DNA of 27,469 bases from Proteromonas lacertae (taxonomy: Eukaryota): the NCBI GenBank assembly GCA_002245135.1, contig NGBS01000318.1, positions 62,001-89,469 on the forward strand. The letters are read 5' to 3'. The translations under genes were made by a program, and so were the position numbers. Under the pieces are notes generated by a model. It made no database searches and was not told the DNA's origin. It was given only the letters and a program-made list of their open reading frames with translations. Below are positions 1-12,806 of the stretch, piece by piece; position 1 is the first letter of the stretch, and every line of letters begins with the position of its first letter.

Positions 1-366
1 CTCTGATATTCTTTTAGAGGAGATTTTATCTGGTGTTAATAATGCAGATTGTAAAGAATTGGTACTATTAGATGATGTTGTACTCATTGGAGTTGCTGCT
101 TTTGGTTGAGAAAATCTAGGCTGTGGTTGCAATAAAGGAGAGGAACTAACACTATTTGGATTATTGTTCTTTATATTCTCTTGTAACACTTTCTTTAGTA
201 GGTTATATTCACTATTTCTTGGAGGTTTATTTGCTGGAGATGGTATCTGAATGGTTGGGTGATTAGAACGTTTGTTATATTCACCACTAGAATTAAACAT
301 TATTGACTGTTCACCTTCATCGAATATATCTTCAGAATCATCATCAATATAGTCTGGCAACGACAT
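1..366 (-). CDS. 5' part of an unknown protein with an acidic, S/P/N-rich disordered N-terminus; runs off the window
   Basis: ATG at 366-364. The frame is open for 122 codons to base 1 (MSLPDYIDDDSEDIFDEGEQSIMFNSSGEY...KISSKRISE). It is absent from the ORF track because no stop lies in the window. Confidence 0.7.
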   Translation of the reverse strand, partial: MSLPDYIDDDSEDIFDEGEQSIMFNSSGEYNKRSNHPTIQIPSPANKPPRNSEYNLLKKVLQENIKNNNPNSVSSSPLLQPQPRFSQPKAATPMSTTSSNSTNSLQSALLTPDKISSKRISE

Positions 367-424
367 TTTTAAAGAAATAAATTCAAATTTAAATTATGGT
401 TTGATAGGAATCAAGCTTATACCA

Positions 425-432
425 AACAAACA
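425..432 (-). terminator. TGTTTGTT 3'-end/polyadenylation-associated motif downstream of Piezo
   Basis: Exact TGTTTGTT on the minus strand, 65 nt past the Piezo stop. It matches the motif known just downstream of poly(A) sites in Blastocystis. Confidence 0.55.
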
Positions 433-497
433 ATTCAAAAAAAGAAAAAATAAAAGAAATAAAATGGTTATAATAATGATTATTATATCTAACATTC

Positions 498-3400
498 TTA
501 AGTTTGTCTAGCTTTAGTAATTTGCAACAAAATATCCGGTGATCTATACAAATTAATCAAAGATTGAGTAATATAAAACTCATCTTTCAAATGATCTTCA
601 TAAGTAGCACATCTTGATAAATATATTCCTTGACACATATCAATCAAAGGTTTAGGTTCTTCCATCTCATTATATAGAATCTCCCAAGGGAATGTACTAT
701 ACAGTGATCTTAAATTACCACCTAAAACGACTAATATAAAGGTATATAATGCAATTAATCCAGCGCCACCAAGCATTGATAATATATCAGAAATTACACC
801 TGATAATACCTTATCACTAGCTGTATATAATACTAATCCAATATCATCATTTTCACTTTCATTTTCGTTAATATTTTTTTTTATTAATTCTTCTTCATCA
901 TCTATTTCAATTAATTTAGATTTTCTATTATTACTTATCTTTCTCTTCTTCATTATATTATTATTATTATTAATAATTGATTTAGATTTCAGTATATTAT
1001 TATCAGGAGCTGTTCTCACATCCCAATAACACTCGGACGAATCTCCATCATTACTATTACATCTATATCCCAAAGTTGCATTAATATATTTATCTCTATC
1101 ATTATCTATCTCTATCACACCAGCTTCTGTTACTCTAAACATACGTGGATATAGATGAGATATATGTAAATCAACATTACTACTGGAATTCAATGCTTTA
1201 CTTAATATCATTCTTTCATCATTATTTAATGTATAGGAATAACTCTCTGTGCTAATCGTTGTTTCAGTTGGTCTTTTTCGTGTAAATGTGAAAGATACTT
1301 CTAATTGCATATTATATCTCAAATCATTTAAATTCCTTGATAAATCTTCTTTTGCTCGAGTGGTTAAATCCCATACAAAACCACTATAAGATAACATTGT
1401 AACTTGTTGACCAACATCATTCTGTGTTTCAACGTAGTTTATAGATGGAACTTGACTCTTTATTGATTGGAACTGACTTTCAGTGAGTGATTGTATTGAT
1501 CTAATTCTATTACTACGGTATAATTCTAATGCACCAGTTTGTGAGACTAATAATAATGTCATTCCTGCACCAACGATTGGATTAGCTTTGATTGATGGAT
1601 TTCCACTACTGAATAAGATTAATGGCAAGATTAATATAAACTATTACAATATAAATGAATATATATATATATACCAATATAATAATCAACATTATAATCT
1701 GTAACCACTTTGACATAAATGTTTTTTCTTTACCATATGATCTTTTCTTTATTTTTTCAATCGAATAACACTTGTTAAAGTATAAGAATTTAACTATTTG
1801 TTCAACAATAATCCAATTCTCAAATGTTAATGATGTTTTTGAACCGATATAATCAATGAAATTTTGAATTTCATATACGAATGGAATTAAATAGAATATC
1901 TATTTAAATAAATAAATAAATAAATAAATATACTTTTAAATAGACTTTATGAGCTGGATCATATTTTGTTAACCAACTCAAATCAATCTGATCGACTGGA
2001 TATCCATATCTTATCTGCTTACTGGAAACATATAAATACATTACATCAAATATATAAAAGAAAATTGCTCTATAATTATGCCAAGTTTCTGTATCAGAAG
2101 CAAATGGACAGTATATAAATAAAAACACATGAACAGCCAAAATACTGAAGTAATAAATACATACTTTCACAACCATACTTTTAGATATATGAGCATATCT
2201 TTCCATTATAATTAATAGGAATTGAAATACTACCGTTACCACTGTGAGAGGACTGAATTCAGACAAGTTAACTTGAGCAAATTCACCACTTGTATTTTGA
2301 TCGATTTTGCCAAAGAAGAAAATAGCATATACCAACATAATTACTTGTAGTATCAACGTAATTGTGTAATATTTATATCCAATTTTCATTGGTGGAGTAT
2401 CAGTTAATACATTACTTTGGGGTGTATATAAAATATCATGGAAAAATTCCTTCCATTTAGGAATAGGCTCGCCTCTTTGCTTGATCACTTCATCGATTGT
2501 ATTATATGTAATTTTCATTTCTTCTTCTTCATCACCTTTTTCAGTATATCTTCCTGTCAGTTTCAATATATAAATATGTATAACTATAAATACTAATAAA
2601 GCTATATCTGTATCAACACCTTGATAGAATGGTCTTGTTCCATATTGTTTACCTCTCTTTTGTAACTCAAAGAATGATAGAACTTGTACTTTCTTCGCTA
2701 GTTCTGGATATATTTGACTAGGACAATATGGTTGTATAGATAACCACCACTGTTGAGTATTCATATCAATCTTCATACAGAAGAATGGTAATTGTATGAA
2801 GTATTTAATAGCCATTATGATGATGATATAATACATTAAAGTATTCCAGAATCGGTAATTAGTATGTCGATATTTGATGGAGTAGTAGGAGAAGTAGGTC
2901 ATCATCATTATCATCATCCAAATATCAGATTGTCTTAACATTGCTATTACCATAACCATAAATACAATGAATTCAGTATGTGATAATATCCAATAAACTC
3001 TATAATAATAATAATAATAATAATATTATATACATTAATATAAATAGATTCATTCTATCAGCTTGTTCTTCTTCTTCTTCTTTAAACTGTTCATATAAAC
3101 TAGAAATATCTATCTTAGAAGTTAATGACAATCTTGAATCTTTACTTGTTGTATTGATAAAGAAAGGATGAACGAATTTTATTAACCATTTCTTAGTAGC
3201 TACATACCACCTTTTGATGAATAAATGTTTGTTTTCTTTTGGTTCTTCCTTCTGTAATCCTAACTTTTGTTGTAAACCATTACTTAGTTGTTTTCTATCA
3301 ATATATTCTAAGATTGATTGAACCCATTCTAATGCAGTATCTTGTTCTAAATATAAATGGAAACTCTTATATTTGAATGTCTTTCTCTTCATTTCAAATG

Positions 3401-4519
3401 TTAAAACATCATTTAGTTCTTTTGATAATGGATTTTTGTATATTAAAAAGTTCAACATTTTTATATCTTCTAATCTCAATTCAGAATCAATAGTTGTATC
3501 TTCATAAGGATATGATATAATAACTCTATTAATAATAATAATAATTTATGAATGTAAAATACTTCTTTTGTAGTGGGAATAATCTCATAATTCCATCTAC
3601 TGGTGGAACATCTGTATATTCAATTGTAACATTCGTTGTCATTGAATCTTCATCATCTGGTAAAGTGGAAATTATTTCACTTAAGTTAGAAACAGGTGAA
3701 CAACCTGAAGCATTAATAGCAACAAGCTAAATAATAATAATAAATAATAATAATATATACTTTAAATCTATAAGATGTATTAGTAGCTAGATTCTCCACT
3801 GTATAGTTGTTTTTATCACCAGGTATTACATCAGCAATATTATACACATCCATTAAAGTGGTTTTCGGCTGTTTTTGCATTTGTAATTGATATAATTCAA
3901 CGATTGGACCTTGAGCTGGTGGCCATTGTAATTCTAAATATGTTAAACCTGCTTCTTTACATTGAGGTGGTTGTGGTTTTAGTGGAGGAACATTGTACGC
4001 TAAAATATATATTAAAAATGATATATACCATCAATTTCTTCATCTTTACCATTATTCATTATATTTTCATATTTCTTTACTTTCACTACCAATTCTTCAA
4101 TGATTTTATTCTGTTTTTCTCTTAATTTTCTTGCATCTCCCCATTCTCTAGCCATTTTATCTTTTCTTAATTGAAAGAAGATTGCTCTTTTATATCTAGC
4201 CATTACCTTCTTTCTATCATAATATGCATCAACGTAAACATGAGTTTCATCATATAAGAAACGGTTCTATTTTCAAAAATAAAATTATTTGGTTAATATA
4301 ATTATACCATTAATATTGAAATGCACAGTATGAATAGATATCTTCCTAAACCAGTTTGTCATTGAGAATATTCCATAACACATATTTGGTTCACAATAGA
4401 TATTGAACTCTTTATAACCTGAATGATATTTCTTAAATCCAATTACTGATTGCCATGTTATACATTTCTCTGAACCTAATACACATACCTTTGGAGTTGG
4501 AATACCAGGAATCTATAAT

Positions 4520-4555
<36 letters not shown>

Positions 4556-7500
4556 TTGCATAATGAAGTTTAATCCTAAAATAATGATGGAATAGATGAT
4601 ATAGATTGGATAAGCTTTCTTTGTATTTGTTGCTAATCTATTCATATATAATTATAATATATAATAAGAATAATAGATACATTGCATATAATGTAATAAT
4701 AAAGAATCCACAATCAATCAACGCTATATCATGTCCTGAACACATTAATATGAATATAACACACAAACTAATAGCATTCATATATAACATAACTGATGAA
4801 TATATCTACATATAATGATAATAATAATATAATATACTAAATCTCGAATAGATCTATATCTATGATATATATAATCACTTTGACTTTGAATTTGAATTAC
4901 TTTTTCATGATCTCCTTTCAACTATATAAATAATAATAATAATATATTTAATACATTTCTAGCTATTCTACTCATTGCTAAAAACACACATGCAATCACA
5001 TCTGCATATGTTTTAGTCAGTGTAAATCCGCCAAATGCTAATTTCATCTGATAATCAAAGTGTTCATTCATCCAAGGCCACATTATCCAACCATCTGCTT
5101 TACCAATAGGAGGAATACCTAACTCCCGAATATATTGATATAATATAATAACACAAAGTAATATGATATAAAGATTGATATTACATCTTTCCCATCGTTT
5201 AAATGAATAGATTAATATAATAACTAACTCTATGATAGATAATAAAGATGCATAATATGTAGCAGCTATTAAGTTAGTTAATATAGCGATATAGAATAAA
5301 AATTCACCTCCAACTTCACTGATTAACTGCTTAATCGATTTAAATGAGAATAAATTCTTCAAATTTAATCCTTCAGAATCAAAATTTTCAGGTGGTGATG
5401 TTAATGTTTGACTATGTTTGATGAAATTAGGTGGAATTAACATATCATCATTATCAGATCCATTTGTAGTAGGATGTTCTAATAAATCAAATTCTTCTCC
5501 ATTTCCTTCTTCTCTAAATACTAAATCATTTGGTTTATTATAATTATTGCTATTCATTGATTCATCTGTTTTAGTAGCTGTTAATACCGGAACTTCATCA
5601 TCTGCAGGTGGAGAAGGTAATATATTGGATATAATTGGAGGAGAATTGTTTAAACTACCAGGAGGATCACCGACTTTCTGTAATTGTTGTTGTGATTTTG
5701 TAGTAGCTGTTGCAGATCTTACTAATCCATGTAGAACTTCATCTTCATCAGTATCTTCACTATTATAAGTATGTTTATTATCAACCCATGTGATATTAGG
5801 AATGCCTATATATTCATATACTTTAAATAATAATATTATAGATTATACCTATTTCAGACTGTTCTTCACTACACCACCATTGCATCATACTTGCCAACAT
5901 AATAATGAGATTAGGACCAATTGCTTCAAACATATAACCAAATAATTTCCAATACCATTCTCTAATAATCTCAGGATGATGATTATAGTTTTTAGAATCA
6001 GGGAAATAGTGAGTAAATCCAATATAATTCATTATATCAGAATCAGTATACCAATGATCAAGTTCTTTTCTCCAACAGTCAAATTGATAGATATAAATCA
6101 ATACTGAATAGATAAGTGAATATAAATAAGTGAATTTCCATAACATTGAGTTTGGTTTAGCACTCTTTTTGAATAGAATAAAGCACATATGACAGATTGA
6201 TAAGATTAACATTATAATAGAAATATTCCAAAATGAAACAGCGAAGGATATGCAAACATTGACCATTTGCCAAAATAATGGAATATCAAATCGAATATAA
6301 CTATATATTGATAAACATATTATATATATCTTATTCTTCCAATTATGATTTCCATTTTCATCATTTATTTCATTAGTACTGTTTATTCTTAGTGGAGGAG
6401 GTTGATTTTGATTAAACCATTCTATTTTTATTAATAATAATCCAATAAGTGGAGTAATTAGTGATATATAATGTAATGATCGTGGTGCATCGATTCGGTA
6501 ATAATCCAATTGTTTCAAAGTTAATTACCCAATCACTATCTTTATCTTTTACTACATATAATTCAAATCCATTAAATAGGAATATATAACTTAATAAAAA
6601 CACTAATAGTTCGATTGGAATAACTATCTTTTTGAAGGATATTAAAGATTTATACTTCTTTCTCATAAATATATAAATTGCAATTGTTCCTATCAAGTAA
6701 TGAATGCATTTAAACATAGATGGACATGGTAACATTCCAATTAAAATGAAATAAATAAATGAAATCAATGGATTTTGCAAAAATGTTAATTTATCAACTA
6801 CTGTATAACGAATAACCCTGTTTCTATTCATTTTCAATATACTTTGATGTAGATATAAACAGGTAATAACAATAACTTGTGCTAATAATGGCGATTTCCA
6901 TAGATTTGAATGAATAAATGTTCTATATTGACATCCTAATATGAAAAAAGCTTTATCATAGTGAGTTATGTATGGATATATTGTTGGAATTAAGATCTGT
7001 ACAGCAAATCCAATTAATAAGATAGATATTGTCAATATATAGGTTTTAGGAATGAAATGATAGAGAATTAAAAATAACAATGATATTGTATGAATAACAT
7101 TGATTTCTGCTAAATAAGCTAATATCATTATAATCATTAAAATATCAGTGGAAATATAATAAAATATTTGATTAATGGTTTTACTTATCTTAATATGGGA
7201 TGTGTCATTATTATCCATTAATAATAGTTCGGTTTGAGGCTTGGGTGTGGATAATGGAGTGCTTGACCTTGATTTGGGTGATGTTACTGCTGATGACTTG
7301 GTTGGAGTTTGAATACCTAAACGGTAAGTGAATTGAGTGTTATATAACTATACAGAAATAGAGAATTGATTATTATATATATATATATACAGCGTATGTT
7401 AATAATGAAAATAGCCAAAATAAAGAGTGTAATATAAAATAGATTTCCTTTTTCTCTACTTCTAATCCTAATGCTAATAATAATCGATCAGATAATTCCC

Positions 7501-8567
7501 AATTAATATTCAATTGATAAGAGAATGTAAAAATATAAAACAATGTATTATAAATAGTTATTAAAACAAAGAACAATTTGCATTTCTTGATGTTTAATAA
7601 CAATATCAACAACAATAATCCATCAATTATTGCACCAGGAAGGGTCAATATCCAACATAAACATATGAATATAAATACACTATCCAAATATTGAGGAATA
7701 AGTGTAACTGGAACTAACAGTTTATTCTTATTTGAATTCTTTAAATAATCACAGTGAAAATAGATTATTAAATATAAAAATATCATTTGGAAGGCAGATC
7801 TTGTATTGGAGAGTGTAGCTATATCAAACCCGGTTTGTTGTAAATCAGATAATTTGATATCTTTAATTATATCAGGAAAATAGAATGGTAACTGTATAGC
7901 AATTAAATACAATACAGAGTATATAAATGAAAATGGTAAAATCTTTCTAAAACCACTCCATCTGAATATAAAAGAGTATAAATATAAAATGACAAACAAA
8001 AGGAATGGAATGGTTAAATAAGATGGACATATCATCACTGGAACTAATAGCAATGGAGTATAAGGGAAAAAAGCTGGATGACTTCTCGGATTACCAATAG
8101 CTTCTTCATTTGTTAAAGGAACTTCTAAATTTTCATCTTCTTCAGATGATGAACTCATTGAACTTAAAACACAGTAGAAAATTGTTAAGATTGGAGCAAT
8201 TATTGGTGAAACAACGTAGAAAATGTAATGATAACTCTTGGGTTTTAAGAAACCAGCATCCGCTAATCCAGGTTTGCTTGAAAAATCAACCTATAATATA
8301 TAAAACTGAACATACATCGGCTGCATAACATATAAGTATTATTACTTCTATGATGAAATAAAGTATATTTATAACCGACAAAATTATAAGAAATGCAATA
8401 TGAACCTTCTTTAGTTTTTTAAATACCATGAATAACTGAGATACAACCAATAAGATCATTACAGCGAAGGAAACATAGTCACTTCTTCCTACACAGATTG
8501 AGGCATTAAATATCATCGCAACAAACAGGATCAATCTGCATAATATACTCATGAAGCCGTTATTCAT
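498..8567 (-). CDS. PIEZO: Piezo-type mechanosensitive ion channel, ~2,520 aa, 14 introns, two apparent +1 frame disruptions
   Basis: Many repeated transmembrane units. Piezo-like segments include SHTEFIVF, IKYFIQLPF, YLYVSSKQIRYGYP, IPFVYEIQNFIDY..KTSLTFENWIIVEQI (PFEW/anchor region), LPLILFSSGNP, GLIALYTFILVVLG, ILYNEMEEPKPLIDMCQGIYLSR and LINLYRSPDILLQITK. Introns: 8291-8315, 7348-7390, 5806(or 5821)-5848, 4922-4954, 4806-4837, 4638-4680, 4513-4555, 4267-4307, 4000-4028, 3727-3760, 3526-3562, 3000-3033, 1900-1933, 1641-1674. The spliced length is a multiple of 3 only after removing 2 nt (near 6500 and 4356). Confidence 0.93.
3661..3992 (-). other. Fibronectin type III domain inside Piezo (missed by the ORF track)
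   Basis: Spliced translation: VPPLKPQPPQCKEAGLTYLELQWPPAQGPIVELYQLQMQ...NNYTVENLATNTSYRFKLVAINASGCSPVSNLSEIISTL. It has the FN3 pattern W..P, Y, YTVxNLxxxTxYxFxxxAxNxxGxS. Confidence 0.85.
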
Positions 8568-8934
8568 GTTGAAGAGATAAATTTCATTTAAAAATCAAAA
8601 TTGGTGTGCCAAAAATGTCTCACACAACTTCATTCATAATAAACACACAGTGAATATTTGTTTTAAATTCGCTTACTTGCTTATAATGTGGTGTGTTTAA
8701 GGATTATCTGGTGTAAATAAATTCAATTAATTATGAACTATATTTCAGACAAATGGAATGTTTTTACCATTATTAATACAGATGAAGAATTTTAGATTGA
8801 ACTACAGAGAAGATAAAATAAAATGAAAGATTATCATTCTTAAAAAATCATTACGAATAAAAACCATTATTGGAACATTTAATGAATGACACGTGTTTTA
8901 ATTATTCTTTTTGATCCATTATTTCTTTCAATTT

Positions 8935-8964
8935 AAATCGTAGAAATAATAGTTTCTACGATTT
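8935..8964. promoter_or_regulatory. Perfect 12-bp inverted repeat with a 6-nt loop, 22 nt upstream of the sideroflexin-1 ATG
   Basis: AAATCGTAGAAA-TAATAG-TTTCTACGATTT. The structure is directly visible; its function is unknown. Confidence 0.5.
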
Positions 8965-8986
8965 GTAATTTGATTGTATTTCTTCA

Positions 8987-10105
8987 ATGAGCTCTTGGAA
9001 TAAACCATTTCAACTTGGTATGATATATATATGTCTTATAAAATTGGGTAGATCAACCAAGATTTGATCAGTCAACATATTATGGTAGATTGAGACACAA
9101 TGCGAGTATTGGTAATCCCTTGTATGATAATACAATAATAATAACATTTTTAGACTTATATTTAAAACGAAAAAACAAATAGAAGCAGCTTGTAATTTAT
9201 TAGAGAATTATAAGAATGGTGAATTGGATTATGTTCCATCCAACAAGGAGTTATGGAAAGCTCAAACATGTATATATGATTAATTTCATGAAATAGTAAA
9301 GCAAAGTGCAGTTCATCCTCAGGATGGTCATATCATACCATGGTATGCTCGTCAAGCTGGTTTTATGCCTACAAATCTACCCATCATATTAGGGTTTTCA
9401 TTAAGTCCACCAAAAGTATTATTATTATTATTCAATATTGTTTTTTTTATATAGTTTTTAATTACAGCATTTTGGCAATGGATTAATCAAAGTTATAATG
9501 CAGCATTCAATTATCACAATAGAAACACTACTAATCCAGAATCTACAGGTGAAATTGAAAAGGCATATGCAATAGCAAGTACAGTATCAGTTGCTACAGC
9601 TGTTGGATTGAATAATTTAGTTACTTATTTGCCATTCAAAAACCATTTCTTAAGAATGATTTCCTATAGATTTGTTCCATATTTTGCTTGTTGTGCTGCC
9701 AGTTCCTTCAATGCGATCATAATGCGATATAAAGAATTAATGAAAGGAGTTGAATTGAAAGATGAAGAAGGTAATTCGTATGGTATATCAAAGAAAGCAG
9801 GTCAAACGGTTATCAAAAGTATGGTATGTAGTAGAGTTGTTCTACCCATTCCTGGTGTATTATTGCCTCCATTGTTGATGTATTCTTTGAAATACTTCAA
9901 AATTTCACCGAGTGGAAAGATAGCTGGATTTTTATTTGATACTGCTTTGTGTACATTCACTTGTACAATTGCTTTGCCTATAGCTGTTTCAATATTTCCT
10001 GGTTGGATGAAGATTAATTCAACTGATTTAGAAGAAGAGTTTCATAATATCTGTGATTCTCATGGCAAGGTGATTGATAAATTCATTGTTAGTAAAGGTG
10101 TTTAG
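8987..10105 (+). CDS. SFXN: Sideroflexin (mitochondrial tricarboxylate/serine carrier family), paralog 1
   Basis: Spliced: MSSWNKPFQLDQPRFDQSTYYGRLRH...ELWKAQ..SAVHPQDG...FWQWINQSYNAAFNYHNRN...RFVPYFA...IMRYKELMKGVEL...SKKAG...SKGV. Introns 9018-9051, 9122-9153, 9270-9296, 9416-9454. Confidence 0.95.
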
Positions 10106-10329
10106 TTTTTTGTCAGTAACTCGTTCTAATCTTTTATATTCATTTCTTTATATTTGTATTGTTTAATCGAATGTAAATTCAGAAATTTTTATTTTGTTAA
10201 GTATTTGATAATATATTTTACTTTGATCATGTAAAAAAGTGATTTATTTTTTATTTACCAAGCTTTTAACTCGAAAAAAACATAGAAAAAACGTAGAAAC
10301 CAATAAAGAATCTTTGTCTTATAAGGCAA

Positions 10330-11432
10330 ATGAGTTCATGGGATAAACCATTTGTTTTTGGTATTTCATCAGCTGGTTTATTGTGAATAGATGAACCAAG
10401 ATTTGATCAGTCAACATATGCCGGTAGAGTAAAACACAATGCAAGTATTGGTAATCCATTGTATAATCTCATATTTTTAATCAGTGTAATAGAATCGGAT
10501 TTGCTACAAAGAAACAAATAGAAAAAGCTTGTAAGCTGTTAGAAGATTATAAAAATGGTGTATTGGATTATGTTCCATCCAACAAGGAGTTATGGAAAGC
10601 TCAAACATGTATATATGATTAATTAATGTCAATAGTAAAGCAAAGTGCAGTTCATCCTCAGGATGGTCATATAATTCCTTGGTATGCTAGACAGTCAGGA
10701 TTTACTGCCACGAATGTACCTATAGTACTTGGATTCACATTAAGTCCTCCTACTGTATATTTAGTGTTTTTATATCTGTAGTTTTGGATTACTGTGTTTT
10801 GGCAATGGGTGAATCAAACATGGAATGCAGCATTTAATTATCACAATAGAAACACTACTAATCCAGAATCTACAGGTGAAATTAAAAAGGCATATGCAAT
10901 AGCAAGTACAGTTTCTGTAGCTACAGCTGTTGGATTAAATAATTTAGTCACTTACTTACCATTTAAGAATTACTTTATGAAAATGATTTCCTATAGATTT
11001 GTTCCATATTTTGCTTGTTGTGCTGCCAGTTCCTTCAATGCGATCATAATGCGATATAAAGAATTAATGAAAGGAGTTGAATTGAAAGATGAAGAAGGTA
11101 ATTCGTATGGTATATCAAAGAAAGCAGGTCAAACGGTTATCAAAAGCATTTTATGCAGTAGAGTGTCATTACCTATACCTGGTGTATTATTGCCTCCTTT
11201 AATCATGTATTCTTTGAAATACTTCAAAATTTCACCGAGTGGAAAGATAGCTGGATTTTTATTTGATACTGCAGTATGTACATTCACTTGTACTATCTCA
11301 CTACCGATTGCTGTTTCTATATTCCCAGAATGGATGGAAATAAATGCTTCAGATTTGGAGGAAGAGTATAAAAATATTTGTGATGCTCATGGCAAAGTGA
11401 TTGATAAATTCATTGTAAGTAAAGGTGTATAA
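10330..11432 (+). CDS. SFXN: Sideroflexin, paralog 2
   Basis: Same motifs (PRFDQSTY, HPQDG, FWQWVNQTWNAAFNYHNRN, C-terminal KGV). Introns at the same four positions: 10361-10390, 10461-10492, 10609-10635, 10755-10781. Confidence 0.95.
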
Positions 11433-11645
11433 ATTTACTATTATTTTATTAATATTGTTAATGATTGATATTTATTCTATTTATAATTGTTTCTGGTTGG
11501 ATTATATATTCTAATTGATAGATTCTGAATAATTATCACTCATAAAACTATCATTTTAAGCAACTGTAAAAGATATTCTCAAATTTTTATGTAGAAAAAG
11601 TAGAACTTTCAACCAATCATTTTTCATTTTTATAAAAACGGCTAT

Positions 11646-11659
11646 AAATCACGTGATTT
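11646..11659. promoter_or_regulatory. 14-bp palindrome with a CACGTG (E-box-like) core upstream of sideroflexin 3
   Basis: AAATCACGTGATTT ends 27 nt before the ATG at 11687. ACACGTGT also occurs at 8889-8896, upstream of sideroflexin 1. Confidence 0.4.
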
Positions 11660-11686
11660 CTTGTTCGAATTGATTTTATATCTTCT

Positions 11687-12806
11687 ATGAACACATATAA
11701 CCTCCTTTTCGTACCTGGTATAATTTATTTATTTTATAACTACCTGCCTAGATAAACCTCGGTTTAATCAGAATTCATATATAGGAAGAGTAAGACATAA
11801 CTTTAACATCGGTAATCCTTTGTATATTTATCTACCTCTAATTGATTCAATAGACTTGCTCTTGCCTCAAAAAAACAGATCGAAGCAGCTGTCAAACTGC
11901 TTGAAGACCATAAGAACGGTACTCTTGACCATATTCCAACCAATAAAGAGCTTTGGAAAGCTCAAACTTGTATGCAACATTCGAATCTATTCTTTTCATA
12001 GTAAAGAAGAGCGCTATCCATCCACAAGACGGTCATATCATCCCATGGTACGCTAGACAATGTGGATTCATGCCTACAAATATGCCAATAGTTATTGGCT
12101 TCTCATTAAGTCCTCCAACAGTATAATTCATTCAATGTTTATGTTTTTCATTAGTTCCTTATTACAGTATTTTGGCAATGGATTAATCAAACATGTAATG
12201 CTGCTTTCAACTATCACTAACAGAAATACTACCAATCCTCAAACAGACAAAGAGATTTTAGGTGCATACGCTGCTGCTTGTACATTGTCCGTAGGAACAG
12301 CAGTTGGATTGAACAAAATGGTAACAAAATTCCCATTCAAAAACAGTCTTTTAAAAATGGTGTCTTATAAATTTGTTCCATTCTTTGCATGTTGTGTTGC
12401 TAGTTCGTTTAATGCTACTATCATGAGATATAAAGAGTTGAAAAAAGGTGTTGAACTTACTGACAGCGAAGGAAATGTATATGGAGTTTCACAAAAAGCT
12501 GGTAAAAAAGTAATTCAAAGCATTATATTAAGCAGAATAGCATTGCAAGTTCCAAACGTCCTTTTACCCCCACTTGCAATGATGATGTTCAAATCCGTCA
12601 ATTTAGCTCCAACTGGAAAAATACCAGCATTTTTATTTGATTCACTGATAGTAGCTATATCCTGTACAATCGCTTTACCTTTAGCTACTTCTTTATTCCC
12701 TGATTTCTTGAAAGTCAGGAGTGGTGATTTGGAAGAAGAGTTTAGAAATATATGTGATGCTAATGGCAGATTAATTGATCAATTTATCGTTAGAAAAGGT
12801 GTGTAA
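11687..12806 (+). CDS. SFXN: Sideroflexin, paralog 3 (more divergent), with one extra T at 12218
   Basis: Introns 11718-11751, 11822-11853, 11970-12001, 12121-12154. It reads TAT CAC T AAC AGA AAT where paralog 1 reads TAT CAC AAT AGA AAC. The rest is colinear to ...RKGV*. Confidence 0.9.

Noticed and set aside
4513..4555. (TA)n microsatellite as an independent element
   Set aside because: It is simply the interior of a 43-nt intron; similar tracts fill many introns here.
1483..8328. Short plus-strand ORFs overlapping Piezo
   Set aside because: They are antisense to a well-supported gene, low in complexity, and run through intronic microsatellites.
8935..8964. Iron-responsive element upstream of a sideroflexin
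   Set aside because: The loop is UAAUAG rather than CAGUGN and there is no bulged C. I kept it only as a generic inverted repeat.
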